Virus record (IMG/VR): IMGVR_UViG_3300028586_000066
Span: 1-27,524 of that record
Source of the DNA: a virus
Taxonomy: Duplodnaviria > Caudoviricetes
Length of the DNA: 27,524 nt
Direction: 5' to 3' (one strand)
Shown here piece by piece: positions 1-8,060 of this stretch. The number at the start of each line of letters is the position of its first letter. The stretch's first letter is position 1. The notes below the pieces were generated by a model. It saw only the letters and a program-made list of their open reading frames with translations, searched no databases and was not told where the DNA came from. The translations under genes were made by a program, and so were the position numbers.

Positions 1-47
1 GGTGGCTAGACCGGGCTCCATGTAGCACAACAACTGAGGCTCGGATT

Positions 48-143
48 ATGAGCAAACCCCTTTCAACTGGCAACTCTGAACGTGGCGCGCCACGTTTTGG
101 TGTGCTGCCAATCGTGGCGCGTGGTGAAAACCATGGCCGGTGA
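48..143 (+). CDS. Possible 31-aa small ORF (MSKPLSTGNSERGAPRFGVLPIVARGENHGR)
   Basis: ATG at 48 after GAGG at 36-39; TGA at 141-143 overlaps the start of the replication gene. Too short for the ORF track. Confidence 0.35.
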   Translation: MSKPLSTGNSERGAPRFGVLPIVARGENHGR

Positions 144-924
144 TTGGATCAAAATGCGTACGTCGCTGGCGACTGACCCGGCGGTGATCGGGATTGCCGA
201 TCAGTTGGATATCACCGAGTTCGAGGTGGTTGGCATCCTTCATCACCTGTGGACGTGGGCCGATGCTCAGTCACGCGATGGTCACGCTAACGGCGTGACC
301 ACTCGGTGGGTTAACCGTTACGTGCATCGTGACGGGTTCGCCGAGGCGATGGTGGCGGTGGGTTGGTTGTTGGTGACGGAGACGGGCATCGAGTTTCCCA
401 ACTTCGAGCGCCATAACGGCGAAACCGCCAAGGCACGGGCCTTGGCGACGGTTCGCAAGCAAAAACAGCGCGCTTCTGTCCCTGCTTCTGTCCCGAATGT
501 GTCACGCACTGAGCGTGACGAAAGCGTGACCAGAGAAGAGAAGAGAAGAGATAAAGAACAACAACAACAACAGCCCGCGGACGCGATTGCCGATATCGAT
601 GCCCGCAAGCGGTTCGAGATGTTCGAGGGTTGGGCACCGGACCAGGTGAGCCTGGCGCCGCACCTGAAGCTGATCGGCGTTGCTGGTGACCAGATCACGG
701 CGCAGGTGGTGGCCGAGTTCGTTTCGTTCTGGATGACCCGCGGCGCGATGAACAACCAGGCGGCTTGGTGCCGTGAGCTGGTGGCTTCGGTGCACCGCAA
801 CGGTGTGCGCGCGGCCGCTAACCCTGTCGCTCGCTCTGGCCGCACGAGCCAGCACGTTGGCCTGCACAACCAAGACCCTCACGCCGGCCTGGAGGCCAAT
901 ACCGATGGAACGTACAAGCTCTAA
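133..924 (+). CDS. Phage replication initiation protein (O-like) with C-terminal DnaT-like DNA-binding region
   Basis: MAGDWIKMR N-terminus typical of lambdoid initiators; central REEKRR low-complexity linker; C-terminal FEMFEGWAPD...AEFVSFW; lies directly before a DnaC-like ATPase. Start set at ATG 133 rather than GTG 82. Confidence 0.8.
   Translation: MAGDWIKMRTSLATDPAVIGIADQLDITEFEVVGILHHLWTWADAQSRDGHANGVTTRWVNRYVHRDGFAEAMVAVGWLLVTETGIEFPNFERHNGETAKARALATVRKQKQRASVPASVPNVSRTERDESVTREEKRRDKEQQQQQPADAIADIDARKRFEMFEGWAPDQVSLAPHLKLIGVAGDQITAQVVAEFVSFWMTRGAMNNQAAWCRELVASVHRNGVRAAANPVARSGRTSQHVGLHNQDPHAGLEANTDGTYKL
472..573. repeat. Probable replication origin inside the initiator gene
   Basis: GCTTCTGTCCC twice (472-482, 484-494); GTCACGC 501-507; GCGTGAC 513-519 and 524-530; then AGAAG repeats and an (ACA)n purine-rich tract. 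Lambdoid origins lie within the O gene. Confidence 0.6.
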
Positions 925-1717
925 TCCGTTGGGCGCGAGTTTGGCGCGCCTGAAGCAATCCGCCGGGATCACCGGTACTGCGCCGGCGAAGTGCGAGCAG
1001 CACGGGGATTACATCGCCAGCGTGCTGCGTGACGGCCAGCTGTCTGCCTGCCCTGAGTGTTCGCGTGCCGAGCAGGCGAGGGCCGAGGCGGCAGAGCGTG
1101 AGGAGCAGCAGCGCCAGGCTGTGACGGCTCGCCTGGAGCGGCAGCTGGGGCAGGCGTTGATTCCGCCGCGCTTCAAGACCAAGAGCTTCGCCAACTACCG
1201 GGCCGGCACTGATGGCCAGCGCGTGGCGTTGTCTGCCTGCCAGCGGTACGCCGCGGCCTTCCCTGAAAACGCGGCCACTGGGCGCTGCCTGATGCTGCTG
1301 GGCCACGTGGGCAACGGCAAGACGCACCTGGCGGCGGCGATTGCCTCGGTGGTGGTGGATGAGCACCGGCGCAACGTGCTGTACACGACGGTTTCGCGCA
1401 TGTGCCAGCAGGTGAAGGCCAGTTACGGCAAGGAGGCTGCGCACTCGGAGCGCGAGGCGCTGGAGGTGTTCCGCACGCCTGACTTGCTGATTCTCGATGA
1501 GGTAGGTGCCAGCTACGGCACGGACTTCGAACGGATGGTGATGTTCGAGGTGATCAACGGCCGCTACGAGGAGATGAAGCCCACCATCGTGATCTCGAAC
1601 CTGTTCGCTGACGGCCTGGCCGCTGCCCTGGGTGACCGCACGGTGGACCGCCTGCGCGAGGGCGATGGGGTGGTGGTGTTGTTCAAGTGGGAATCAGCAC
1701 GGCGGGGTGTGGCGTGA
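905..1717 (+). CDS. DnaC/IstB-like AAA+ helicase loader
   Basis: N-terminal CEQHG...CPEC Zn motif, IPPRF, Walker A GHVGNGKT, Walker B LLILDEVG, PTIVISN, DRLRE. ATG 905 overlaps the end of the initiator gene. Confidence 0.92.
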   Translation: MERTSSNPLGASLARLKQSAGITGTAPAKCEQHGDYIASVLRDGQLSACPECSRAEQARAEAAEREEQQRQAVTARLERQLGQALIPPRFKTKSFANYRAGTDGQRVALSACQRYAAAFPENAATGRCLMLLGHVGNGKTHLAAAIASVVVDEHRRNVLYTTVSRMCQQVKASYGKEAAHSEREALEVFRTPDLLILDEVGASYGTDFERMVMFEVINGRYEEMKPTIVISNLFADGLAAALGDRTVDRLREGDGVVVLFKWESARRGVA

Positions 1718-1872
1718 CCAGCGCACAGGCGCAGGCGCTGCAGCAGTTGCAGCTCGAGGGCTTCCGCGTCGAGCAGGTTGGCCGGCGGGTGATCAGGGTG
1801 CAGCGCGGGAACGATTGCCGGCTGGTGCTGGCGGATGGTGGGTTGAAACGGGCGATGGGGGCTAGGCGATGA
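1714..1872 (+). CDS. Small phage hypothetical protein (52 aa)
   Basis: GTGA overlap with the upstream stop and ATGA overlap with the downstream start, indicating translational coupling. Confidence 0.65.
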   Translation: MTSAQAQALQQLQLEGFRVEQVGRRVIRVQRGNDCRLVLADGGLKRAMGARR

Positions 1873-2624
1873 CTGAAGTGAACAAGGAAGAGCTGCGCAG
1901 GCTGGCTGAGGCGGCAGGCGCGAAACAATGGGGTTCGTTTGGATCTTATGTGTGCCCGATCAGACGGAAAGGAGAGACCACATACGTCCAGATCTGGAAC
2001 GCTCTTGCTAATTGCCACCAGCCTGAAGTGACCAAGTATGTGGCCGCCGCCAACCCTGCCGCCATCCTCTCGCTGCTGGATGAAAACGAGGCGCTGCAGG
2101 GCCTGTACCTCATGCATCAGCAGTCAGAGACGCGTGAGATGCGCGATCTGAGGGCCGAGCGCGACCAGCTACGTCAGCGAATAGCGCAGCTTGAGTCGGA
2201 AGCAATTTACACAGCTGCGGGTGTTTCTTCTGATCGAGAAGAGATCAAAAGGCTCCGCGCCGAGAACGAGCGCCTGCACGCAATGACCTCTGTAACCATG
2301 GGCGTAGGTGATGGTTCTGGTCGTCTGCTAGTGCACGGCGACTACGACAGCATCAAAGCTGCTCAAGCAATCGTTTTCGAGCGCGACCAGTTCCGCGCCG
2401 AGAACGAGAGGCTTCGCACGTGTCTGCGCGAGACGACTGCTGTAGCCATCTGCGGTTTGTACGACACGCATCCGGAGGATGTGCTCAAAGCCTTCACCAT
2501 CCCGGTACTGAATGAGGTGGTTGAATCCAGCGCACACCTAGTAGCGGCGGATGCTCAGGTTGAGGACTTGTACCGACGGGCGTGGGATGCGTCGGCGGCC
2601 AAGGAGGGCAACGCCAATGACTGA
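1869..2624 (+). CDS. Ead/Ea22-like protein with coiled-coil repeats
   Basis: EELRRLAEAA and YVAAANPAAILSLLDENEAL motifs; repeated LRAERDQL / LRAENERL. Confidence 0.75.
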   Translation: MTEVNKEELRRLAEAAGAKQWGSFGSYVCPIRRKGETTYVQIWNALANCHQPEVTKYVAAANPAAILSLLDENEALQGLYLMHQQSETREMRDLRAERDQLRQRIAQLESEAIYTAAGVSSDREEIKRLRAENERLHAMTSVTMGVGDGSGRLLVHGDYDSIKAAQAIVFERDQFRAENERLRTCLRETTAVAICGLYDTHPEDVLKAFTIPVLNEVVESSAHLVAADAQVEDLYRRAWDASAAKEGNAND

Positions 2625-2826
2625 CCGCCTGCGAGTCCGGGTCATACCTGGTCGCCAGGACTGCTGCCGCACGCACGACGGCTATGTGCTGTTCGCCTGC
2701 GCGTGGCGAAATGCCGGGGTGGCGATCATCCGGCCGGGCAGTCAGGTGCCGTTCGTGTATTTGCGCAGCATGCTCGATGCGGCTGCCACTGTTGAGGCGG
2801 ATCGTACCGCCAGAGGAGTGCGCTGA
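2617..2826 (+). CDS. Phage hypothetical protein (69 aa, MTDRLRVRV...)
   Basis: AAGGAGGG RBS at 2601-2608 before ATG 2617; coupled to the next gene by TGATG. Confidence 0.65.
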   Translation: MTDRLRVRVIPGRQDCCRTHDGYVLFACAWRNAGVAIIRPGSQVPFVYLRSMLDAAATVEADRTARGVR

Positions 2827-3056
2827 TGACGAGCCCAACGATTGAGGACCTTCTGGCGCTGGCTGAGGCTGCCCCAAACGATGAGAACCCGAACTTTCTC
2901 GGATCGCGCATCTGGAGTGATGCGGCAAATCGTTACGTCGACCTCCAGCTTCATATGTTCGGCGACCCCATCGAAATGGCGAAGGCGCTTATCCCCCAAA
3001 TTCTGGCTTTGCGCGCTCAGATCCGCGCCATGCGCGCCGAGCAGGAGGCCCGCTGA
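2826..3056 (+). CDS. Phage hypothetical protein (76 aa)
   Basis: AGAGGAG RBS; TGATG overlaps at both ends. Confidence 0.7.
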   Translation: MTSPTIEDLLALAEAAPNDENPNFLGSRIWSDAANRYVDLQLHMFGDPIEMAKALIPQILALRAQIRAMRAEQEAR

Positions 3057-4087
3057 TGGCCAAGAAACCCGGCTTTCGCACCGTCGGCGATGTGGTCGAG
3101 TGGTGGCTGTCACGCATCGAGGGTGACCGCACGCGCAGTGAGAAGTACCGCTCGAGCATGGGCTGCCTGATGCGCAAGCATGTGGTGCCGCGCGTGGGCA
3201 AGGTGCTGCTGCGCAAGGTGGACCGGGTGACGCTGGATGATCTGCTGGTGTTCCCGATGCATCAGGAGCTGGCGCCGCGTACGGTGCAGAAGGCGCTGCA
3301 GGGCTTGCGCCAGGCGTTCGCCATGGCCGAGACGCAGAAGCGGATGGACAGCAACCCGCTGGCGGGCACGACGTTCCGGGATTTCTACAAGGGCAAGCTA
3401 CGCCCGAAGCCGGCGGCGCTGTCGCGTGTCGACCTAGCCGAGCTGGTGCGGCACTTGGTGGCGGTGTTCAACGCGGAGCCGGCCAAGGGCATGTTGCCGC
3501 TGATGATGCTGGCGCACGGCACCCGCATCGCCGAGACCCTGGCGGCGCGCTGGGGGCATGTGTCGCTGGATGAGCGGGTGTGGGTGATCCCGGAGGCGAA
3601 CACGAAGAGCCGGCGTGAACATGTGCTGCCGCTGACTGCTCAGGTGATCAGCCTGCTGCGTCGGTACCGCGAGGCGCTGCCGGATGCTCGCCTGAGAACG
3701 GCCTGGCTGTTCCCGGTGCGGGGTGGTGCTGGCATGGCGCTGACCAGTGGGCACGCCCTGATGCGTGAGGTGAGTGGCCGGCAGTGGACGAGCCATGACT
3801 TGCGCAAGCTGATGCGCTCCAGCCTGGCGGACATTGGCGTCGATCACATGGTGGGTGAGCTGCTGATCAACCACGCGTTGGGTGTGACGACCGAAACCTA
3901 CCTGACCCGTGACGCGATGGAGCGCCGCCGCGAGGCGTTGGAACGCTGGCATGCCCGCCTGGACGAGTGTGGTTTCGCCGATGCGCACGGCCTGAAAGCG
4001 GCTGTTCCTGCACTTCTTAATAATGACTGCAAGCCAGAGACGACGGGCGTTCCCGCTGTTTCCGGTATTTCTACGTGGGGAGGGTGA
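3056..4087 (+). CDS. Tyrosine recombinase / integrase-family protein
   Basis: Complete catalytic set: R (HGTRIAE), K (NTKSRR), HxxR (HDLRK), H (INHALG), Y (ETYL); AGGAGG RBS. Confidence 0.9.
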   Translation: MAKKPGFRTVGDVVEWWLSRIEGDRTRSEKYRSSMGCLMRKHVVPRVGKVLLRKVDRVTLDDLLVFPMHQELAPRTVQKALQGLRQAFAMAETQKRMDSNPLAGTTFRDFYKGKLRPKPAALSRVDLAELVRHLVAVFNAEPAKGMLPLMMLAHGTRIAETLAARWGHVSLDERVWVIPEANTKSRREHVLPLTAQVISLLRRYREALPDARLRTAWLFPVRGGAGMALTSGHALMREVSGRQWTSHDLRKLMRSSLADIGVDHMVGELLINHALGVTTETYLTRDAMERRREALERWHARLDECGFADAHGLKAAVPALLNNDCKPETTGVPAVSGISTWGG

Positions 4088-4090
4088 AAA

Positions 4091-4366
4091 ATGGGTAATC
4101 AGTTCAAGGTTGGTGACCTGGCAATAACGCTGATTGACCTCCCGCCTGTCATGGCTGGCAGTGTCGTGGAGCTCCTTGACCGCTTCAATCGAGGAGACAT
4201 CATTCACGGCCCCGGCCGAGATCATGTTGCGCGCCTCCCTGGTTGGATTTGCGCCCATGAGCTCGTGCCGCTGAATGCTGCATATGGCGAACATTCGCTG
4301 ATGCCACTGCGCGGCGACTTCGAGCCGGAGCAGCAGAAGCAGCGTGAGACCGAGCCATGCGCCTGA
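4091..4366 (+). CDS. Phage hypothetical protein (91 aa)
   Basis: GGGAGGG RBS; FKVGDLA N-terminus and LMPLRGDFEPEQQK C-terminus; part of the operon. Confidence 0.75.
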   Translation: MGNQFKVGDLAITLIDLPPVMAGSVVELLDRFNRGDIIHGPGRDHVARLPGWICAHELVPLNAAYGEHSLMPLRGDFEPEQQKQRETEPCA

Positions 4367-4647
4367 CTGGCCAGCAGCACGCCCCCTGCATCATCTGCGC
4401 AGGCACAGGCGAGTACCGCGGCGTGTTCCATCTGAATGGCTGCGTGGCCTGCAACGGCGCCGGCGTGGTGCTGGCTTCCGGTGAGGCGATGAGTCAGGAG
4501 GAGGCGATCGCCTACCTGCGCAAGGAGCTGACCGCCGCCGAGCGCCGCGCACCACGCCCGGCTCGCAAGGTGGTGCCGGGTGTCGCCGAGCAGTACCAGC
4601 AAGCCAACACACGCGGCCCTGGCGGCTCGCATTTGGCGGGAGATTGA
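4357..4647 (+). CDS. Zn-finger hypothetical protein (CxxCxGxG repeats)
   Basis: CIICAGTG and CVACNGAG; overlaps neighbouring genes. Confidence 0.75.
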   Translation: MRLTGQQHAPCIICAGTGEYRGVFHLNGCVACNGAGVVLASGEAMSQEEAIAYLRKELTAAERRAPRPARKVVPGVAEQYQQANTRGPGGSHLAGD

Positions 4648-4649
4648 GC

Positions 4650-5018
4650 ATGACGGACGTGCTGACACTGCCATGGCCGCCTCGCGTGTTGAGCCCCAAT
4701 GCTCGCAGCCACTGGGCCAAGAAAAGCGCCGCCGCGAAGAGCTACCGCCGTATGTGCCATCTGCTGTGCCTGCAGGCCGGGTTGGTTGCGCCTGCTGGTC
4801 GCGTGCTGCTCGACCTGGAGTTCGTGCCGCCGGATGCGCGCCGCCGCGATGACGACAACTGCCTGGCTGCTTTCAAGGCAGGGCGCGATGGTCTGGCTGA
4901 TGCGCTTGGCATCGACGACAACCGATTCACCACCCAGCTTCGCCTGAGCCGGGAAACAGTCAAAGGCGGCGCTGTGCGCGTCCGCATTCAAGGGGAGTGC
5001 ACCAGCGATGGCAATTGA
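4650..5018 (+). CDS. rusA: RusA-like Holliday junction resolvase
   Basis: LTLPWPP..LSPN, PPDARRRDDDN, DGLADALGIDD; canonical position upstream of Q. Confidence 0.85.
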   Translation: MTDVLTLPWPPRVLSPNARSHWAKKSAAAKSYRRMCHLLCLQAGLVAPAGRVLLDLEFVPPDARRRDDDNCLAAFKAGRDGLADALGIDDNRFTTQLRLSRETVKGGAVRVRIQGECTSDGN

Positions 5019-5343
5019 ACGCGATACTCAGGAGCTTCTCGAGCATTGGGGCCTATGGGCGACTCAGGGTGCTGGTGTGTCGAGCTGTCAGGCCCCTACA
5101 GAACGGCCCACGCCGATGATCACTGACGATGAGGCCCTGCTGATCGATCGCCTGATCGGTCGCCTTGGGCAGCGGTACCCAGAGTGCGGCGAAGTGATCC
5201 TGCGCTACTACACAAGCGGGGCGACTTTCCAGGTGGTGGGCAAGCGCATGGGCTTCGGTGAAGAGAAGACCCGGCAGCTGTGGAAGGCTGGTGTCGCGTG
5301 GATCGATGGCTGCCTTGAAACGCGCCGCGAATTAGCCGCTTGA
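5008..5343 (+). CDS. Q: Late antitermination protein Q
   Basis: LLEHWGLW, ITDDEALLIDR, C-terminal HTH ending KAGVAWIDG; followed directly by a pR'-like promoter and terminator. Confidence 0.88.
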   Translation: MAIERDTQELLEHWGLWATQGAGVSSCQAPTERPTPMITDDEALLIDRLIGRLGQRYPECGEVILRYYTSGATFQVVGKRMGFGEEKTRQLWKAGVAWIDGCLETRRELAA

Positions 5344-5380
5344 CTGGCCCGGGCTGAAAGGGGTAGATTTCTGTTACGTT
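5340..5380 (+). promoter_or_regulatory. Late promoter pR' with -10-like pause element
   Basis: TTGACT (5340-5345), 18 nt, TAGATT (5364-5369); TACGTT (5375-5380) fits a TAnnnT sigma-dependent pause element near +1. Confidence 0.75.
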
Positions 5381-5410
5381 GCAGAAGTCGCGCCCACAAC
5401 GGCGCATCGA

Positions 5411-5438
5411 AGCCCAGCCTTAGAGCTGGGTTTTTTTT
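5411..5438 (+). terminator. Intrinsic terminator tR'
   Basis: CCCAGC-cttaga-GCTGGG followed by T8. Confidence 0.85.
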
Positions 5439-5513
5439 GTCGATCAACTAGTGGCTTCCTGAGTGACTTGCCATGTGGCAATCTCCCATTTTTAGTTTGG
5501 GAGATGGAATTCG

Positions 5514-5978
5514 ATGGCCACCAGGATTGAACAATTAAGAAGTCTTTATTCTGAAGCCCGCCAAGCCAATGATGCATATTGGGCGGATCTCAGGAAGATG
5601 GCGGAGAGAATTAGAAAAGATTTTGCGCATTATCTTGGGGTAAGTGATGCTGCATATACCCCGGGGCCTCTCAGCGTTCCAAATCCGGTACTCATAGGGC
5701 ATGTTAATGACGGTGGGTATTTCACTCCGGCAAGCATAGAATCATTGAAGGCTCAAGGAGACGCTATCCAGTTTTCGCTGAAACTGTCCTACGGTTCGAG
5801 CGGCCCCGAGGATGAGAGGTATAAGATTTTTGATTTAGCTGTTCGAAACAAGCATGAGGTCTATGAGGCTAGTTACGCCGGCGAATCTTTCAAGGGGCCT
5901 ATATTTAGCGAGCTATATGCGCGTTTAGTTACTGAGTGCAAAGAGTCTATTGCTGCCGTCGGCGATCCTAGGCTTTGA
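5514..5978 (+). CDS. AT-rich moron, hypothetical protein (154 aa)
   Basis: GGGAG RBS; visibly lower GC than the flanks; sits between tR' and the holin-like genes. Confidence 0.8.
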   Translation: MATRIEQLRSLYSEARQANDAYWADLRKMAERIRKDFAHYLGVSDAAYTPGPLSVPNPVLIGHVNDGGYFTPASIESLKAQGDAIQFSLKLSYGSSGPEDERYKIFDLAVRNKHEVYEASYAGESFKGPIFSELYARLVTECKESIAAVGDPRL

Positions 5979-5996
5979 AGGAACTGCTAATAAAAT

Positions 5997-6027
5997 GAGC
6001 CCAGCCTTAGCGCTGGGCTCTTCGTTT
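5997..6027 (+). terminator. Hairpin terminator, near-copy of tR'
   Basis: GAGCCCAGC-cttagc-GCTGGGCTC followed by TTCGTTT. Confidence 0.65.
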
Positions 6028-6056
6028 CCGGCCACAGGCCAAGTGGGAGAGATTCA

Positions 6057-6425
6057 ATGAGCGATCCAGCAACCGCCGTCGCTGGAGGGGTCGTTGCTGG
6101 TGCGGCAGGTCTCAGCATTGCGGGCTTTCTCGCCGGCGTAGACGGGAATGCCCTGGCAGCTGCCGTATGCGGCGCCCTGGTGTTCGTGATGACCCGGCGT
6201 GACCTCGATGTGCTCACCCGTGGCGTGTTTTTCTTCGTCAGCGTGGTGATGGGATATCTCTTTTCGCCGGCGCTGACCGATCTCGAGCTGTGGGGAATCC
6301 GCCCATTCGCTTACTCGGGCCCTGCAGCCTTCGTTGCTGCCGCCCTGTCTGTGACGCTGATCGTCGCAGCGATCACCAAGCGCGGCAGTCCTCAGCCGCC
6401 TGCGCAAGGGGGCAACAATGGATAG
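6057..6425 (+). CDS. Putative holin (multi-TM)
   Basis: Three to four hydrophobic segments; AVCGALVFV motif; first core late gene after Q. Confidence 0.7.
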   Translation: MSDPATAVAGGVVAGAAGLSIAGFLAGVDGNALAAAVCGALVFVMTRRDLDVLTRGVFFFVSVVMGYLFSPALTDLELWGIRPFAYSGPAAFVAAALSVTLIVAAITKRGSPQPPAQGGNNG

Positions 6426-6735
6426 CTTCAGCATGATCCTCGACCAGGCTGCGTTCTGGCTGTGCGTCGTACTGTTCGTTCGACTGTTCACGTTCCGGCG
6501 TGGGGCGCTCCGCTTCCGACGCGGTATCTCGTTCTTGGCCTACCTGACCATGGCCTGCAGCGCGGCTCTGGTGATCTTCATTGGTCTGGGGCATCTGACC
6601 CTGCCGACTCTGGCCTGGCCCCTGGTGGCGATCCTCGCTGTGTTCACCTATCTGGTATGCCGAGCAAAGGGCAACCTGGCTGCAGTACTCAGGCCTGCTG
6701 CAAGCTGGAATGGGTTAGATCGGCGCAAGGGGTGA
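6418..6735 (+). CDS. Phage holin family protein (3 TM)
   Basis: LFTFRRGALRFRRGISFLAYL...RAKGNLAAVL pattern of putative 3-TM phage holins. Confidence 0.75.
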   Translation: MDSFSMILDQAAFWLCVVLFVRLFTFRRGALRFRRGISFLAYLTMACSAALVIFIGLGHLTLPTLAWPLVAILAVFTYLVCRAKGNLAAVLRPAASWNGLDRRKG

Positions 6736-6811
6736 GCATTGAATGCGTTTGCCGGTGCATGGAGGTTTCGCGCATGGCAGTATCTTGGCTCTTAAAATTG
6801 AGGGCTGAGAC

Positions 6812-7018
6812 ATGGAGCACGAGATCGATAGATTTCAGGTAGTGGATGACCGCGGGCGCAAGCATGTCGTGGTTCATTACCGCCAGATTGGAGTTTCTGG
6901 TCTTGATAGATATGCGATTGAGTCAGGGCAGGGTGTCAACGTAGATGAAGACGATCCTGATGTATTTTACTTGCCCATAGGCATCAGCTCCCCCTGGGTT
7001 AAATGCCGTAAGGTCTAA
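6812..7018 (+). CDS. Small moron-like hypothetical protein (68 aa)
   Basis: GAGG RBS; lower GC; between the holin-like genes and the HNH gene. Confidence 0.65.
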   Translation: MEHEIDRFQVVDDRGRKHVVVHYRQIGVSGLDRYAIESGQGVNVDEDDPDVFYLPIGISSPWVKCRKV

Positions 7019-7061
7019 CAGCCCTGTCGCCTTCTGATTGGGTATTTATGGGGATACATAG

Positions 7062-7463
7062 ATGCCCATTCGCCCCCTTAAGCCATGCGCCTGGCCGGGC
7101 TGCAGCACGCTGGTGCGTGGGGACTACCATTGCCCGCGCCACGCGCCGTTGGCCGCAGAGAAGCAGCAGGCGGCCAAGCGCACAGTTCACAAGCGCTACA
7201 ACGAGCGCCGTGACGAATCCGACGCCTTCTACAAGACCGAGCGCTGGCGGCGACTCAGCATCTACTACCGCAAGAAGCATCCGGTGTGCGAACACTGCGA
7301 TAACGCCGCTAGCGACCTGACTGACCACATCAAGCCCTATAAGTCGCACCCCGAGCTTGGCCTGGACTGGGACAACCTCCGTGCACTGTGCCGCTCATGC
7401 CACAACCGGATCGGTGAACGCGTAGGGTTGCTCGCTGATCAGCCCGCGCCCGGCGTCCACTGA
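7062..7463 (+). CDS. HNH endonuclease (terminase-associated, HK97 gp74-like)
   Basis: PCAWPGC...YHC..H; HPVCEHC; DHIKP; DWDNLRALCRSCHN; upstream of terS. Confidence 0.92.
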   Translation: MPIRPLKPCAWPGCSTLVRGDYHCPRHAPLAAEKQQAAKRTVHKRYNERRDESDAFYKTERWRRLSIYYRKKHPVCEHCDNAASDLTDHIKPYKSHPELGLDWDNLRALCRSCHNRIGERVGLLADQPAPGVH

Positions 7464-7573
7464 GGCGCATCAAGGGGGAGGGGTGGGTCGAAACCCTGCA
7501 GCTACAGACCGCCCGAACGACGGGGGGAGCCTTTTTTTCATACCCGCGAAATTAAAAGTTCAGGAGTTGGGCC
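7464..7573. other. Probable cos packaging region
   Basis: Non-coding gap between HNH and terS with G-runs, GACCGCCCG, a T8 tract and CGCGAAATTAAAA; this is the position of cos in HK97-like phages. Exact cut site not determinable. Confidence 0.5.
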
Positions 7574-8059
7574 ATGGGTGGGACCGCCAAGGTCGCCGGC
7601 CGCGGTCGCAAACCCAAGCCGACGGCAAAGAAACAGCTCGCCGGCAATCCTGGAAAGCGGGCGATTAACAACGCCGAGCCGCAGTTCTCGCAGGTCACTA
7701 ACATTGACCCGCCAGACTGGCTCAGTGAGAACGCATCAAAGATGTGGCAGCGGGTTGTGCCCGAACTGCTGCGCGAGCAGGTGCTGGCGATCACCGACCT
7801 ACATAACGTCGAGGCGTTCTGTATCGCGTACGGCAACTGGCGGCTCGCGCAGGATTCCATCGAGCAGTTCGGCATCGTCGTGCAGTCCGCTATGGGCAGC
7901 CCGATCAAGAACCCGGCGCTGACCGCCGCCAACGAGACGATGCGCCAGATCGTTACTTTCGGCTCGCTGCTTGGCCTGGACCCATCCAGCCGTTCACGGT
8001 TGATCGGCGGCAAGAAGACAACCACCAATAACCCGTTCGCAGATCTGATCGCAGGCTGA
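7574..8059 (+). CDS. terS: Terminase small subunit, P27 family
   Basis: [40 protein letters not shown]. Confidence 0.93.
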   Translation: MGGTAKVAGRGRKPKPTAKKQLAGNPGKRAINNAEPQFSQVTNIDPPDWLSENASKMWQRVVPELLREQVLAITDLHNVEAFCIAYGNWRLAQDSIEQFGIVVQSAMGSPIKNPALTAANETMRQIVTFGSLLGLDPSSRSRLIGGKKTTTNNPFADLIAG

Positions 8060-8060
8060 C

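Noticed and set aside
558-572. (ACA)n microsatellite as a phase-variation tract
   Set aside because: A trinucleotide unit cannot shift the frame; it encodes a poly-Gln linker within the origin-like region.
773-904. Upstream starts for the DnaC-like gene (773) and the initiator (82)
   Set aside because: They create long overlaps or precede the family-typical N-terminus; ATG 905 and ATG 133 fit better.
2900-4200. Prophage boundary, att site or invertible segment near the recombinase
   Set aside because: Coupled phage genes continue on both sides; I saw no tRNA, host gene or flanking inverted repeats.
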